Assembly (NCBI GenBank): GCA_050230475.1
Contig: JBFLGF010000151.1
Location: forward strand, 1-64,000
DNA: 64,000 nt
From: Ancylonema sp.
Lineage: Eukaryota
Direction: 5' to 3'
The stretch's first letter is position 1. Each line of letters starts with the position of its first letter. The notes beneath the pieces are model-generated. The model was not told the DNA's origin. It searched no databases and saw nothing but the letters and a program-made list of their open reading frames with translations. The position numbers were made by a program, and so were the translations under genes. Of this stretch, positions 49,828 through 63,867 are shown piece by piece.

Positions 49828-51636
49828 TTGGCCAGCTTCGACCCTCATACAATCAGCAAGGAAGTGATAGGGCGTTGTCTCGCTTTGCACTGCTGTGACC
49901 TCGCCTACGCTGAAATGCTACCGACAAACTGAAAATGCGGGTGCGCTACATGTCAGGCTGGTGGCGTAGCGGCGTAGCTGCCCAGCGCACGGTTTTCCCA
50001 GCTGTGACGTCCTGAAACACACAAGCTGGCATGTAAGAGCATCCCTAGGCTACATATTTTACCCGCTAAGTGTTTGGCGCGTAGCACGCCGTCTAAGGCG
50101 GCACTACTATCACCGACAACCCCTTCAAATGGAGATACCCCTCAAAAGGAATAACTACTTATACCGGGATTTAAAAAAAAGTGAATTGGTCGAGACTCTG
50201 GCCGCTGGGTGGGATGTGCGTCGTATTAAGCGTGTCCATCTCTCTAAATTGGAAACTTGAGTGTGCACGCATATGAACGAGTGCACATAGAGACTTTCAA
50301 TTCCAAAAGTACAACGACAACATTGATGAATGCTATAGTGCAATCGGACCACTTCAAATTGTGGACGCTGTATGGGGTGGGTGGGTGTGCTTATAACTCG
50401 ATTGGGCGCGACAGTGCATGCTTCTTGACAATTGTCGAACGGGAGTACAAAAAAAGTGCGTGTGAAGCAAGGGTTATTCATATGATGGATTTAGCCATAA
50501 GAGTATATCATTTCGCGCAAGTAATATTTGCACAAAGATGTGTGTGCTTGTGCTAAATGTCATGCACAAGTACACACATCTTGCGCTTGTCGCCACGACA
50601 AAGCCTCGAATGTTTTATTTCGCGAGATCAAATTCCGAACGCGAAGTTTGGACTGTATTGCTGGATTCCGACCATTGGTTTGACCGTGAACTCTTTCTCA
50701 CCACGATTTTTTTTGTTTTTCAAGATAAGAATGTTGGGTCATAATCCTGACATTGGTATGTCTCATTGACCTACCTTTCACAAGATTTTTTAGACATCAC
50801 GTACTGAATGGCGTCAAGTGTACCCAATGAACATCTCGCTAAATGCTTGCGTTTCAACTATCTAGAGATGCGTGTGGCAATGGGACAACGTGTGGTTTCG
50901 ATTCGGAGATTCCGCTGCCCTCATATTGGAAATATATCCATCTAAGACAACCGTACACGCTCTCTTCTTCTTTATCAGCAATTGAATGAATGAAGAATAA
51001 GAACTCTCCAGGTTTCGAAGTTTCGAAGGAAAAACTTTCGAATGAAGAATGCTATCAATCTGGTTCACTTTGTAAATGTGTTAAATGCTGTTTACATACC
51101 ACACTAAGCCTACCAAAAACACATGCACACCATGCCTTCCACCAGAATCACCGGTTCATTTGTCAGAATCATTTGCCAAAAAACATCACCTCCCATCCCC
51201 AATTGTATCATATCGGAGGGGCCACAATGATGTCTCATCCATCACACAAACCTCATGCGTACATCATCAGGACCTTTTGAAATCGGCAAGTCGCTTGTTT
51301 CAACAATCTAAAAGAAGAATTAAAGGACCACATGCTACAGCACTGTAACAATGATCCCCAATGTTTGGATTTGACAAACTCTTGCACTTCAAACTTCTTG
51401 CTGCTTTATGTACAAAAGTGTGAGTGACTGACTTCAGGCCCTTGTGCACAGTTTTGGCGTACCATCAAAACAGCCTAGAAGCAGATGCGTCATCACCAAC
51501 ACATTCTCTTTCGCACCTACATCATTTCAGGCAAGATCCATCCTGTATCCACTCCTTTGAAGCCAGCTGCTTCCTCAATCTCTATGTCATTGAGGATGTA
51601 AAACTAGACTGATAGTTCCTTTCCAGAAGTGGGGGC

Positions 51637-52260
51637 TTAGTGTCTATTAAAGGTGCCACTTACCACGCAGTAAGCACAGACCAATCGTTGTGAGATGTAC
51701 ACCAGAACAGCGAATGAAAGGCATACAAGGGTTACATCGCGTATATCCCCGTGCTCCCTCGGTGCCAAAAATGTTGCCACTTCATCTATCAGCTTGGCCA
51801 GATTTCGAGGCGGCCCCTCGGTAGACGGTGGCGTATCCCCTGATGATGAGGCGGACGGATTTAAATCCAATTCATCGGAAGGGAACCCAAGCTGAGAGGA
51901 TTTTGGGATGCTGTCTGCCGCATTCGCACAGACAGAGGTCTGAGACGCTGTGGCCTCCGCATGCTTTTTCTGATCGTCCGCATACTTCTCAAGACGGCTG
52001 AGAACAGATCGTGAGGAATTGTCGAGTTCGGATTTCGGGTTTGATTGCCTAGTAGAATTGCAAGATATTCGAGTAACAGGTATACTGCAAATCCTATGCC
52101 CCCGCCGAATCAAGAAGCAGTTGCTGATACCAGTTGGCCAGTGCGTTGCGCGACGTATTGATATATCACATCGCACATACATCGGAGCTCTGCATACTGT
52201 CGAATGGGCGGAATTCGTGGTAGTGGTGGACAGGTTTAAGCAAGATTTAAGATCTGCCAT
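51637..52260 (-). CDS. Protein of unknown function, copy 2
   Basis: Homologue of 43580-44221. Confidence 0.7.
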   Translation of the reverse strand: MADLKSCLNLSTTTTNSAHSTVCRAPMYVRCDISIRRATHWPTGISNCFLIRRGHRICSIPVTRISCNSTRQSNPKSELDNSSRSVLSRLEKYADDQKKHAEATASQTSVCANAADSIPKSSQLGFPSDELDLNPSASSSGDTPPSTEGPPRNLAKLIDEVATFLAPREHGDIRDVTLVCLSFAVLVYISQRLVCAYCVVSGTFNRH

Positions 52261-52769
52261 AACTCTGCCAGACAACCCACACACACCCTCGTGACTCTAG
52301 AGTTAAGAGCTATTGCACTTTCTGATAGAGGGCATGGCATGCTGTTTATGTGAAGCCAGAGTTGTATTGCATCCGCCAGATTTATGAATGGCTTATTATC
52401 GCACGATCTGCTTTTCCCGCAACGTTTTAGTGCTCTCGTATGTCATGCATGCGGATCCAGGACGTGCACCTCAAAACGTTATGCGTATCTGGAACAAGGA
52501 CCACTTCTGGCGTGGGGCCGAGCGCCTCGTCAACAGTCGTTGTACTGATCTGGAACTCGTTTTCCCAGGTCTTCAGGGAATGTTCGATACAACAAATCGA
52601 AACACGTACAACTTATGCTCCAACAGAATTTCAGCAAGCAAGCTGCAATTGGTCAGAAGTCCAAAAAATGACACGTTTCCATCGACACATAACTCACATC
52701 CGCACACACAATTTGTATTGTCGAATATCAGGTGCCTGTATGGTGACTTGTTAGAGAATGGGTGAATGT

Positions 52770-53563
52770 ACCTATACGGTGAAATGATGCGGGTGCGGGT
52801 ATTTGCATCCTAAGCCATGTTTACACATGCGTGGGTACTTTCGATGTCATTACAATTTGGCACGTGTCAAAACGGAAGCATTTATCAATCAAGTTTCGAT
52901 TGGCAATGAAGGCATTGAAGCACATCATAATTCCCATGCCACTTGCGGCAACATACCCGGAGGGACACTCTGGCATGTTGGCAAGCCGATGCAGGTCCTC
53001 ATACGTCTCTGAATTTTTTTATAGAGTACATCAACTCAGGCTAGAGGCACTGTTGCTCTCAGTCCACAGTAAGTAACAACAAGTCTCAGGGTGCTGCATT
53101 GTTGTATCCTGAATTTTGCGCCATAAAAAGTTTGAATCGGCAGTACAAATGGACTACATGACGACATAATATGGTGCATGTCAGCCATGCATTGTATCGT
53201 AGTGATTTGTGTGCCGTCATTGATGGAATACTTGGCTAGGATGCGAGTAGCAAGTATACTTGACGGCAGGCTATATTTGATGCGCCGCAAAACGACTGTA
53301 ATCTTGATGCAAATATCTCATATGAGCTTTGTACACCTCGGGTACCTGTTTGATGTGCTTCATAAACGAATGAAGTATGTACATTAGCCAATTGTTATCG
53401 CGCATGGATATGTGGTGGATCTCGACTAGATCATAGAGTGCAGGTGTATTCAATCATGTGAGAAGTTAGGAAGTGTTTCGCACGTGTGAAATGTATCATG
53501 CGACAAAATTCGTTGTAACGATAGTATGGCACGTGCAAGTACACAATGCTAGATGGCACGACA
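52770..53563 (+). mobile_element. Internally deleted A+B derivative of the DNMT-Gypsy family
   Basis: ATTTGGCACGTG, AAGTTTCGAT, AATACTTGGCTAGGA and CTTTGTACACCTCGGG match module A; ends ATGCTAGATGGCACGACA. Confidence 0.65.
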
Positions 53564-54679
53564 TGTAAAATTATTTTGTTTTTTTGGGTTTGGCCCTTTA
53601 TTGGCGAGAGTGTCGATTGCATTGCAACAAAAACCGAATCCGGGCCTGTGACCCTGAAGAGCCCGCTCTTGCGAGAACCTCGTCGAATCCGGCGTCATAG
53701 GTGGCGACGTGAAGGGCAGTTTGTTGCATAAATATGTTTTTATTATAAACATGTTTATCTCTCTTTTAGGCATTAGTTCACTCGCATCGGACACCTTTTC
53801 GTCTTATTAGTATGGGAATCTTGTCGTTTGTTCATATTGGAGCAAATGTGTTGGTCGTTCACTTCGATAATTTCTCCGAAGGTATCGACCGAGGGATAGG
53901 GCAATCTGATTGGTTCCACGATACCAAACCTGCGAGACTCCTCGACACAATTTAGTACATGGCTCTTGATTGCGACACGTCACTTTGGGCGCGGTGTTCA
54001 TTTTTTTGCAACGAAAATTTGAGATTTAAAAATTGTAAACCGAAAATATGCTTCGCACGTAACATCTGATATGTGCACTGGACACGTCTTGTCAAAGAGG
54101 TTTTTAAAATCCCTAATTTGATGTTTTTTGAGTTTACAAGTTTTCGAAATTTCTACATGCCGGAAGACCGCGAGGACCAACCGGGATCAGGACCTGGGAC
54201 TGGGACCAACCCGAACTAAACGAGTTTGTAGAAGTCCGCTCAAGGATGGTTCATGATCACATTATCATCTCGGATACCGTGTCTAGATCGGGTCCACGCG
54301 TGAAATCGTCATTGCCACCAAATATGCCGTGAAAAAACTTCCTCTGACATCCAAACATTCAACATTCAATATTGTCGAATAACACGCAGAAGTCAATCAT
54401 CGTGCGGACTTCTTCACCCTTTCGACTTTATGAAGACTTTACTTCGGAGACTTTAAGCTTTGTAAAAGGTCCAAATGAAGAATGACAAACGATAGACATG
54501 GTAAAAGCAATGTGATATTCGCAAAACCCTCTGACTCGTATTCTAGGTCTAGGTCTCGGTCTGGGTCTAGGTCTAGATCCAAGTCTACACGTGCAGGTCT
54601 GGATCTAAACCTAGATCGAGGTCTGTCATGCAACAATAGCCTTTGATTTTAAGGACAAAGTGTGTCCATTCCCACCCCT

Positions 54680-57345
54680 TCATCTCAACGGATGCTCCAA
54701 GTCAACATCCACTTTTTGCACTGTCCCCAAAAACTCTCGCACTTCATCGGGGCTTCCCGTAGCGATGTGTGCCTCTGCCAGCGCTTCATAGGTGTCGTCT
54801 TCAGGCCTGCATGCGGTCATCCTGACAGCTTACAACACAAAAATATAATGCACAATGTCCCATAGCGGCTAGGCACTAGCCTAGGAATCATAATCTCCCC
54901 GCAATCAAAATATCCGCCTCCACAAGCCGTGTCTCTTACCGCACCGACCAAACAAGAAGAGTCAAAGGGAGAAGAAACGAGCAGCTCTTATCACCTCATG
55001 CCTTCTCTCCTCATCCTCTGCGTCAGTCGCAATGCGTCAGAGAGGCGGCCCAGATTGGTCGTGTGGGTGATGAGGGTGGTGTATGTGAACTGGTTGGCTG
55101 GCACGCCGCCACGTGTCATCTCCCCAAGGACTCGGATGGCATCATCCACCCGCCCATACTTGCTGACAGCACACAAAGACCACCCCGGGCTCACAATGTG
55201 CTCCATAAACCTTCCTCTCTGATGAATCAAGAGTATGGCTGTCATGGTTGAATGGCTGTCATGGTTACCGAGTACAGGTTTATATTGCTTTAATACGATC
55301 ATTGTCATCAAGTGTGAGGGTTGAAACGCTTCGGTAATTCATCGACTTTTCCGGCTTCGGTACTTGGAATTGGATTTCGGAATTCAGTATGGTGGGGTTG
55401 CGTGATCGTAACCATTTTCGAATTTGAGGGACCAATACATAGAGGGCTTTAGGGCTTCAGGGTTTTCAGCCAACCAGAATGCCAGGATGAGGGTGTTGTA
55501 CGAAATTGCGTCGGGTGTCACCCCTTCCCTCCGCATTCTGCCCAATGTTTCTTCTGCCAGCTGGCACAAACCCATTCTGCCGTACGCCCCCAGGATGGAG
55601 TTGAAGGTAACCGCATCCGGACGCAGACCGGAAGCTTCCAACCTCTCCAACACCGACTCCATCTGAAGGGGGGGGGGGGGAGTGTATCGTGCGTATCCTG
55701 TCACTCAACCGTGTGGTGTGGATTCGCGGATTCGCATCGCAGGAACAGGGACGTGAAAGGTTGAAAGACAGACCCAAAAAAGAAAAAAAAAAAAAAAGGG
55801 TCCAAAAAGGGTCCAAAAAGGGTCCAAAAAGGGTCCAAAAAGGGTCCAAAAAGGGTCCAAAAAGGGTCCAAAAAGGGTCCAAAAAGGGTCCAAAAAGGGT
55901 CCAAAAAGGGTCCAAAAAGGGTCCAAAAAGGGTCCAAAAAGGGTCCAGAAAGGGGCGGTTTGTGTGTGCCTGCACCTGCCCCAGGTTCCCCATCTTCCCG
56001 TGCATCGCCACCACCGCATTCCACACGCCCACATCTGGAGCAAACCCCTCCTCCGCCACCTGTCGCATCGCCCTCTCCGCCTCCTCCACCTGCCTCGTCT
56101 TGGCATATGCCACCACCACGCTCTTCAGCAGCCCGAAGGCGCCCCGCAGCTCCCCCCTCCCCCGCATCACCTCCACCGCCTCCCGCAGCTTCTCCCCCTC
56201 CCCCCCCGCCGCGTACGCGTGCAGGAGGGCAGAAAACGCCCCCTGGTCCGGTTTCAGTCCCCGGGACCGCATTTCTGCCACCAGGGCTTCTGCCGCCTCC
56301 CACTTGCCCTCCCTGGCGTAGGCAGAAAGGAGGGTGGTGAAGGTGGCGTTGCTGGGCGCCACCTGTCCCCTCTGCATCGCTTCAAACACCTTCCGCGCAT
56401 CCTCTGCCGACCCGCAGCGCGCGTAGGCGTGGATCAAAATGTTGTACGTGTACAGGGAGAGGGGGCAAGCCTCGGCCCTCATCTGCTTCAACACTTTTGC
56501 CACTTTTGCCGCCTGCCCCGCCCGCCCGTACGCCGCCAGGAGGGTGTTGAAAGTCACTTCGGTCGGAGAGCTCCCACTGTCCCTGAGATCGCCGAACACG
56601 GCCTCCATTTCTGCCAGCTGCCCCTTTTTGCCGTGCATGCTGAGCATGGTGTTGTAGGTGTGCAGGTTCGGGCGGCAGAACCCCCCCCTCCCTTCTGCCA
56701 TCTGCCCGTACAGCTGCCTCGCTTTCGCCTCCTCCCCCGCCGTCCCGTAGCCCGCCAGGAGAGTGGTGAGGGTCACCACTCCGACCTCCACCCCCTCCTC
56801 ACGCATTTCTGCCACCAACCTTTCTGCCACCCCCACCTCCCCCGCCTTGCCCTTCAGTGCGATGAGGTGGTTGTAGGACACGGCATTGGGGCGGCAAAAG
56901 GCCTTCCGCATGCGCCCCAGTACTTGTGCCGCCCTCTCCCCATCCCCCAGCCTCCCATACATCCCCATGAGGGAGTTGAAGGTCACCACGTCTGCCTCAA
57001 CGCCCCTTTCTGCCATTTCCCTCGCCACCCCTTCTGCCTCTGTCACTAACCCCCCCCTGGCGGCTGCGCCGATCATCATGTTATAAGTTCGGAGGGACCG
57101 GGGGAGGCCCTGTCTGTCCATCTCCTCCACCACCTCTCTGACGCGTTTCCACGACCCCTTCCGACGGCCATGGACGCCGATGATGACGTTATAGGTCACC
57201 TCCGACGGCTGGATCCCGTCACGTTTCATCTGTTCAAAATGCGTCAGAGCTTCTTTGTACCGCCCCTGCTTGGCGAGAGAAGACAGGTGGCAGGTGTGGG
57301 TGACCACCGGGGGGGTCCTCGTACTGCGCCAGGGTTCCCGTCCTG
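54680..57345 (-). CDS. P-type pentatricopeptide repeat protein; exons ~55976-57345, 55475-55662, 54995-55162, 54680-54806; 5' end unresolved
   Basis: Many tandem 35-aa motifs (VTYNVIIGVHGR, VTFNSLMGMYGRLG, etc.). Splicing restores ILAF|CKYGRVDDA and GM|RPEDDTY. Confidence 0.9.
55798..55951. repeat. Intronic 11-bp tandem repeat (GGGTCCAAAAA)x13 plus one degenerate copy
   Basis: Directly visible. Confidence 0.97.
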
Positions 57346-59127
57346 TCTGCGAGCGAGCACCACAGCAGCGATGGGAGCGTCAACGACGGCGCCATGTGGA
57401 ACCTTACCGCAATCGGTACCTTTGCATTGCCCCCCAGCCTCAAAGGCGGGACTCCGTCGGATTTTTGGCCAGCTTCATCCGTTCTATTGTCGGATTCCTT
57501 TGTGCTGGGGGTGCTGTGGAAGTTTCTGGGGAAATTCAGGGAGTCGAGGAATCGGTGGAAAGTGCCGGTTGGTCAGTCTCGGCGCAATCAGAGCATGGAA
57601 GAATTTGGGAATTTATGTTCCTGCTGCACCCTCTGCTATTCTGTGGCCGGCTAAGTGTATCTTTATGAATTCGACGTAGTGAGCCCTTATTCGTGTGTGC
57701 TTCCTATAGCTCCTTAGTGTATAAGCGCACAACGTCGGAACAGGCAAGCAAAAGCCGTACGAAGAGAGGTGCCCTCCTGTAGCTGCACTACACAGCCGCG
57801 GGAAGGTGTTCATTTTCTCAAATATTCCGTTGATGAAGTCATCCTTTGATTCCTTCCTCGTCAGTCGTCGGCATCAATGGCATGATTTTTTTACGTGAGC
57901 CTCACTACGCACGCACTTATGAGGAGGCGCAGCCGAGTCGTACATAGAATATCTAACACGCACCTGCAGAAAGGTGGGCAGGCCACGTGATACATACGTA
58001 AAGTAGAATGCTTGGAGGGAAGCGCATCCCGGGGTGCCACGTGGAGTGATCCTAGATGTGTTTGGGCATGACCAATGGCCTTTCCGGCCATACCTACATC
58101 GTGTGAAGCTACGAGAAAACGAGCACTACAGACGGCCATGTTGTTTGTGGTCTGGCTACGGGGCTGTCTGGTGGCGTGAAGTGAATGTGCCTGCGTACGA
58201 ACCTGTTCATGGCGGTCGGAAAAGGTCTGCCGGGTCAATTGGGAGCCATGCCTGTAGCACTAAGCCAAGACACGGACAGCTTTTGGGCGATGTTTGCCTA
58301 ATAAATAAACAGCGGGACGTTGTCACGTGTAGGCTCCATTATTCAACCAACTTTGACTACTGTGCTGTGCCTGATACGTCTGCTCAGCTCAATACTTCGC
58401 AATCAATTACCTAGAAGTACGGTATTGCGAAACAGCTACTGTGCTGCCAAAACCCTGTACCGTACAGGCAATCGAATACCCGGGCTTGTGGGACAAAATT
58501 TTCGCGCGGGAAGGAAAATAGGCGCGAATAGTATCGATTCGTCCAGATGGCACGTAAATGCCTCACTGCCTTCTGACAACACCTACTGCCTACTCATAGC
58601 TGAGCCGAGCGCCCTATCGCACGTGCGATGATGCAGTTCCATGAATTGCAGAGGTATTGTTGAAGCGCATTCTCGCCCGTCTACTCTGACGGCCAAGTCA
58701 TCGCCAAATGATCACCTAGAGTCGCACTTGAGTCCACACCTGTGCAACAAATAATTAGCGATGGAGCCTGCCGTATACCAGGTTGTAATGCAGCAAAACA
58801 GGACATGAACACCCTTGCTGGGTCTTCTGTCCCCTTGCTCCTGAGGTTCAGCATTGGTCGGGTCACGTCTCTACATGCTCGCTGCTTCCAGTGTCCATTT
58901 CGCGGGGCGCAGATTTTCCCGGTCATCGTTCGGGGAAATACGATACAAAGAAATTCGACCTCTGTCTCGCCAATGACGTCTATTAGCAGGACAGTCATTT
59001 CAATATTCAGGGGACCAATTTCGATCGTATAGATTTACGTCATCCTAGATTTTCAGGACCCAACATTTTGTGTAGCGGAAGGCGGGTAGTAGTAAGGTCG
59101 CCGCGCTTTTGTCGTTGAGTGGCACGT

Positions 59128-60912
59128 ATGGCGCGGACAGGCCAGAAGCGAGCCACACCCCGGCGCAGGTCTGGGGCGGCTGCCACAGTTGCGGCTGGTG
59201 CAGCCGCTGCCGCAGCCGCTGCCGCCGCTGCCGTTGCAGCTGCACAAGCAGGTACACATCAACATCCGTTATGGGAGGTAATCATGTGTGTGTGTTCTGG
59301 CCATCGGCTGATTTTGTCACGACATCATTTCCCCCACTCCATTCACCAGATTTCCATTTGATACTCCACGGACCTGAAACCTCAAACCTGAAACCTGAGA
59401 CCTGGAACCTGGAGCCTGGAGCCTGGAACCTGAATCTTGATTCCTGGATCCTGGAACCTGGAACCTGGAACCCAGAACCTGGAATTTGGAACCTGAAACC
59501 CGGCCTTGCGTGTTCCTGACAGGTGGAGCAGGGGGGGCGAAAGGGGGCCGGGGAGGAGCTCCACGCAAACGTCGGTATCGCCCAGGCACGCTGGCGCTGA
59601 AGGAGATCCGGAGGTACCAGCGGACAACGGAACTGCTCGTCCGGAAGCTTCCTTTCACCCGCCTGGTGAGTCCCCTGGGGGAACACGTGAACCGTGAGAA
59701 ACGGGCATGGACCGTAGCCCGCACTTCATTGGCCCGCTGGTGATCGACCTCCGATACAGAACCCGACACCTGTCTGGTACACAACCCTGAAAGCAGTTGG
59801 AGTGTGGCTGGGTCCAGGTTCGCGAGATCAGCAACAGCATGACTCAGATCCCCTTCCGATGGACGGCCGAGGCCCTGCTGGCCATTCAAGAGGTGCACCA
59901 CCCGGATTTGGATTCGGGGTTTTGGAGTGTTGGGTTCAGCTTGTTTTTTTACGATTATTTTCTTTCCCTTCTACGTGTGCGCAGTCCATGGAGGACTTCA
60001 TGGTGCATTTGTTTGAGGACACTAACTTGTGCGCCATTCACGCAAAGCGGGTGACCATCAGTGAGTGAAACTGATACGTTTTCTAACGCATGCGAATAAA
60101 CGTACAGACGAGGATATGTATACATAAACATGTATACACACATGTATACACATGTCGAGCTACGTATGTACATGTATTGCGGCACAAATGTACAAACATA
60201 CCTCTCTTTTGTTCCTAACATGTAAGGACCTATGTCTAATTTAAATAGACGTGTATATCTTAGAAACATAATTCATAACAATGTGAATACTCATGCACAT
60301 AATTTAAACGTTTAGACATGCAATGGAAAGCTTTTGTGTAAGTGCATGTGTTGATATGTTTATGTGTCCATGTACATGTGTACGCATGTATGTATCTTTG
60401 TGTATATATATATAAATCGAGTTTGTATATGCGCACCTACATGGGTATATAGATATGTATAAGCATATGTATGAGTACGTGTATGTATGTGTGTATGTGC
60501 ATATGTACGTGGGTGTGTATGTATGTCTTAATTGCACGTGCAATGCGACCCATCCCGATGATGGAAGACGTCTCATCATGCTGGAAAACTATCATTGTTA
60601 TTCATTTATTATATATTTATTTGCTATACTCTTACGATATAGGTAGGCATATGCCCACGATGCGCATTGGACTCTCGGATTGAGGTCCATTTGTTGTGAT
60701 GCCAACGGGAATAGAATCTGCGTCCACTTCAACGAATGATGATGTGGGTGGAGTAACACGGGGTCAAACAACATTGAGACAATTTCTAGTTTTTCGTGAA
60801 AGATTCCTTGGAGACAAACTTTTTTTTTCTTTTTTGGGTTGTTGCAGTGCCGAAGGACATGCAATTGGCTCGACGAATCCGAGGAGGAATATTGGGGGCG
60901 CAGTTGCAATAA
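59128..60912 (+). CDS. CENH3: Centromeric histone H3 variant; exons 59128-59251, 59523-59665, 59818-59892, 59985-60060, 60849-60912
   Basis: Histone fold [16 protein letters not shown]...[20 protein letters not shown]; divergent tail; loop 1 one residue longer than H3; RWTAEA for RFQSSA; HLFED for GLFED. Confidence 0.85.
59372..59500. repeat. Degenerate 7-bp tandem repeat (CCTGGAA/CCTGAAA) in CENH3 intron 1
   Basis: Directly visible. Confidence 0.85.
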
Positions 60913-61379
60913 CGAATGGCCTTTCTTTCCGAAATATCGTTGAATTTACCACTTGTTGGCCTCTTTCTAGGCCACCAATGCTTACAGCATAAAACCATGG
61001 CCACAAAAGGGCATATTGTGGTTTTGGATTTTAATTTTCGTGAGCCTAATGGAGCTGCTGTAAACAAGGGTAGCAACCAATATAGACACTTGCTTAGCAC
61101 TAGACTAGACATATCTAGGTGGCACAACATTGTAGACACAGAGCTAGACTAAGGCCCTAAATGCACACCTTTTGGCTTATTTTTTTAGACGAGGTTTATG
61201 CTTCTCTCAGAAAAACTGCAGAAAGTAGATTATCGCGAATCATTGTAAGTTACCACATGACATGCAGCGCAGAATCAGAGGTTGACGATAGATGTGAATG
61301 AGACATTGGTGAATGGTGGCAGATTTATTGTCGGCTAGTCGTATGCTGCAATCAAAAGATTACAAAGAGGTGCCGGCAA

Positions 61380-62300
61380 GGATATAGAAGTAGTGACCTC
61401 GAGTCACTAAATCTAAAATCCTGCATGTGCATGCGAAGTCGCGAAGTACAGATCACACGTGTGGGAGACACATGTCGACGTGTTATGAGTCTGTGATACT
61501 TGCGGGTGTATCCGTCGTATCGGTGCTTTACATGTGTGGGTGTATGTGTGTACGTAGATGATGCTAGATAGCATGATAGTACCAACCCCGTTTTTTTTGT
61601 CTTCCTTTTTTTGGATCTCTTACTCGTGAGGAAATTGAGGCTAAGACCACTGAGAGAGAATGTACATGGCGACGGAGAACGCCAAAAACTGTGTTGTACG
61701 AATTTTACTTCTGAAATAAATCCACATCTATCGGCACAAATCCTAACCCTGTTTCAGCTGTCAACAAAAAATCTCAGTGCTACAACTCTGGTCAGTGTGG
61801 ACATCAAGCCAAAGACTGTTCGCATCCTCAACATAATCCTCCTCCAGCTTATCCAAAAGCTGCAAGGTCACCAACCGCTCCAAATTCCCGATGAATTCTT
61901 AAGTCGGAATCTAAGTAAAAAAAGGTACTTGTGGCTTCAAGGGTGATGCTTCTGTCAATTCGAAGTTTTATTTCGAAACAACGACAATATGGTGATTCAG
62001 AATATACAGTTGGTGCTACTTGTGAGAAGTGTGGAAATGGTGGTCACAGAGGGTTCCAATGCTGAAAATCTCAGGTGCGAAAATTTGATTCAACCTTCCT
62101 ATCATGTGTCCCCTCCACACCAAGAGCTACTCCTGGATAGGCACTACACTTCGACACATGTTCCACCATCATCATACATGTTGGAGAGCCCGTTGGAAGA
62201 TTTGAGTGTGGACATCAGAGTTGCCTCCCTACAGCAACACATGCCCAACGACCCTCGGGTGTAAAATCATGCTATATAACATCATTCTTCGTCGACTTTG
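61380..62300 (+). mobile_element. B-module end (to 61578) followed by a degenerate gag relic with two zinc knuckles
   Basis: GATGCTAGATAGCATGATA; CYNSGQCGHQAKDC and GATCEKCGNGGHRGFQC* (compare GAVCSACKKPGHMEAQCW at ~6.2 kb); stops. Confidence 0.55.
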
Positions 62301-62348
62301 TCCCCTATCAGACCAGAAAAGAATGTTGGCTTTTGGACCCGCAAATCC

Positions 62349-63369
<1,021 letters not shown>

Positions 63370-63670
63370 AATTTCAGCGTTTGCAAAGGCCAAGCGATTT
63401 CACGCGGCAGCGATTTGTAAAGACTGCCGCAGAAACCTTGCACCAGCGGGAGAGGACTGGAACGGAGTCAGCCTTTCGTCCTTGTACCATACCGAGAACC
63501 AAAGCGGAGTAGGCCTAGAACCTACCTGTAGGCATGTAGGCTTTAAGCCCCACTGAGACCTACACTCTACGACAAACGTTGAATCGGACGGTCAATTATT
63601 GTTCATTGAACGAGTGAGCGTCGGTCACTTCTTCGATCGTTGGCGTAGCGCGTGTGGATGTCAAAGATGT

Positions 63671-63867
63671 TGACCCCAACAGCGTAATATTGTCGGGATT
63701 TTTTGAAGTACCGTTATATTCAGTCCATACGTCAGATGACCCCAACAGCGTCATATTGTCGGGATTTTTTGAAGTACCGTTATATTCAGTCCATACGTCA
63801 GATGACCCCAACAGCGTAATATTGTCGGGAATTTTTGAAGTACCGTTATATTCAGTCCATACGTCAG
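63671..63867. repeat. 66-bp tandem repeat x3
   Basis: Units start at 63671, 63737 and 63803; near-identical. Confidence 0.95.

Larger units (their letters stand above)
44720..52757 (+). repeat. Duplicate of 30282-44718 lacking the Copia insertion
   Basis: Apparently identical for ~3 kb (offset 14439), diverged after 47745; empty Copia site at ~50348-50352. Confidence 0.95.

Noticed and set aside
54541..54625. (TCTAGG)n-like run giving a DLDLD peptide
   Set aside because: Low-complexity non-coding repeat downstream of the PPR gene.
55689..57049. Long plus-strand Pro/His-rich and KKGPKRVQ-repeat ORFs
   Set aside because: Antisense shadows of the GC-rich PPR exon and its intronic 11-bp repeat.
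63671..63867. Possible CRISPR-like array
   Set aside because: Contiguous tandem units with no unique spacers; eukaryotic context and no cas genes.
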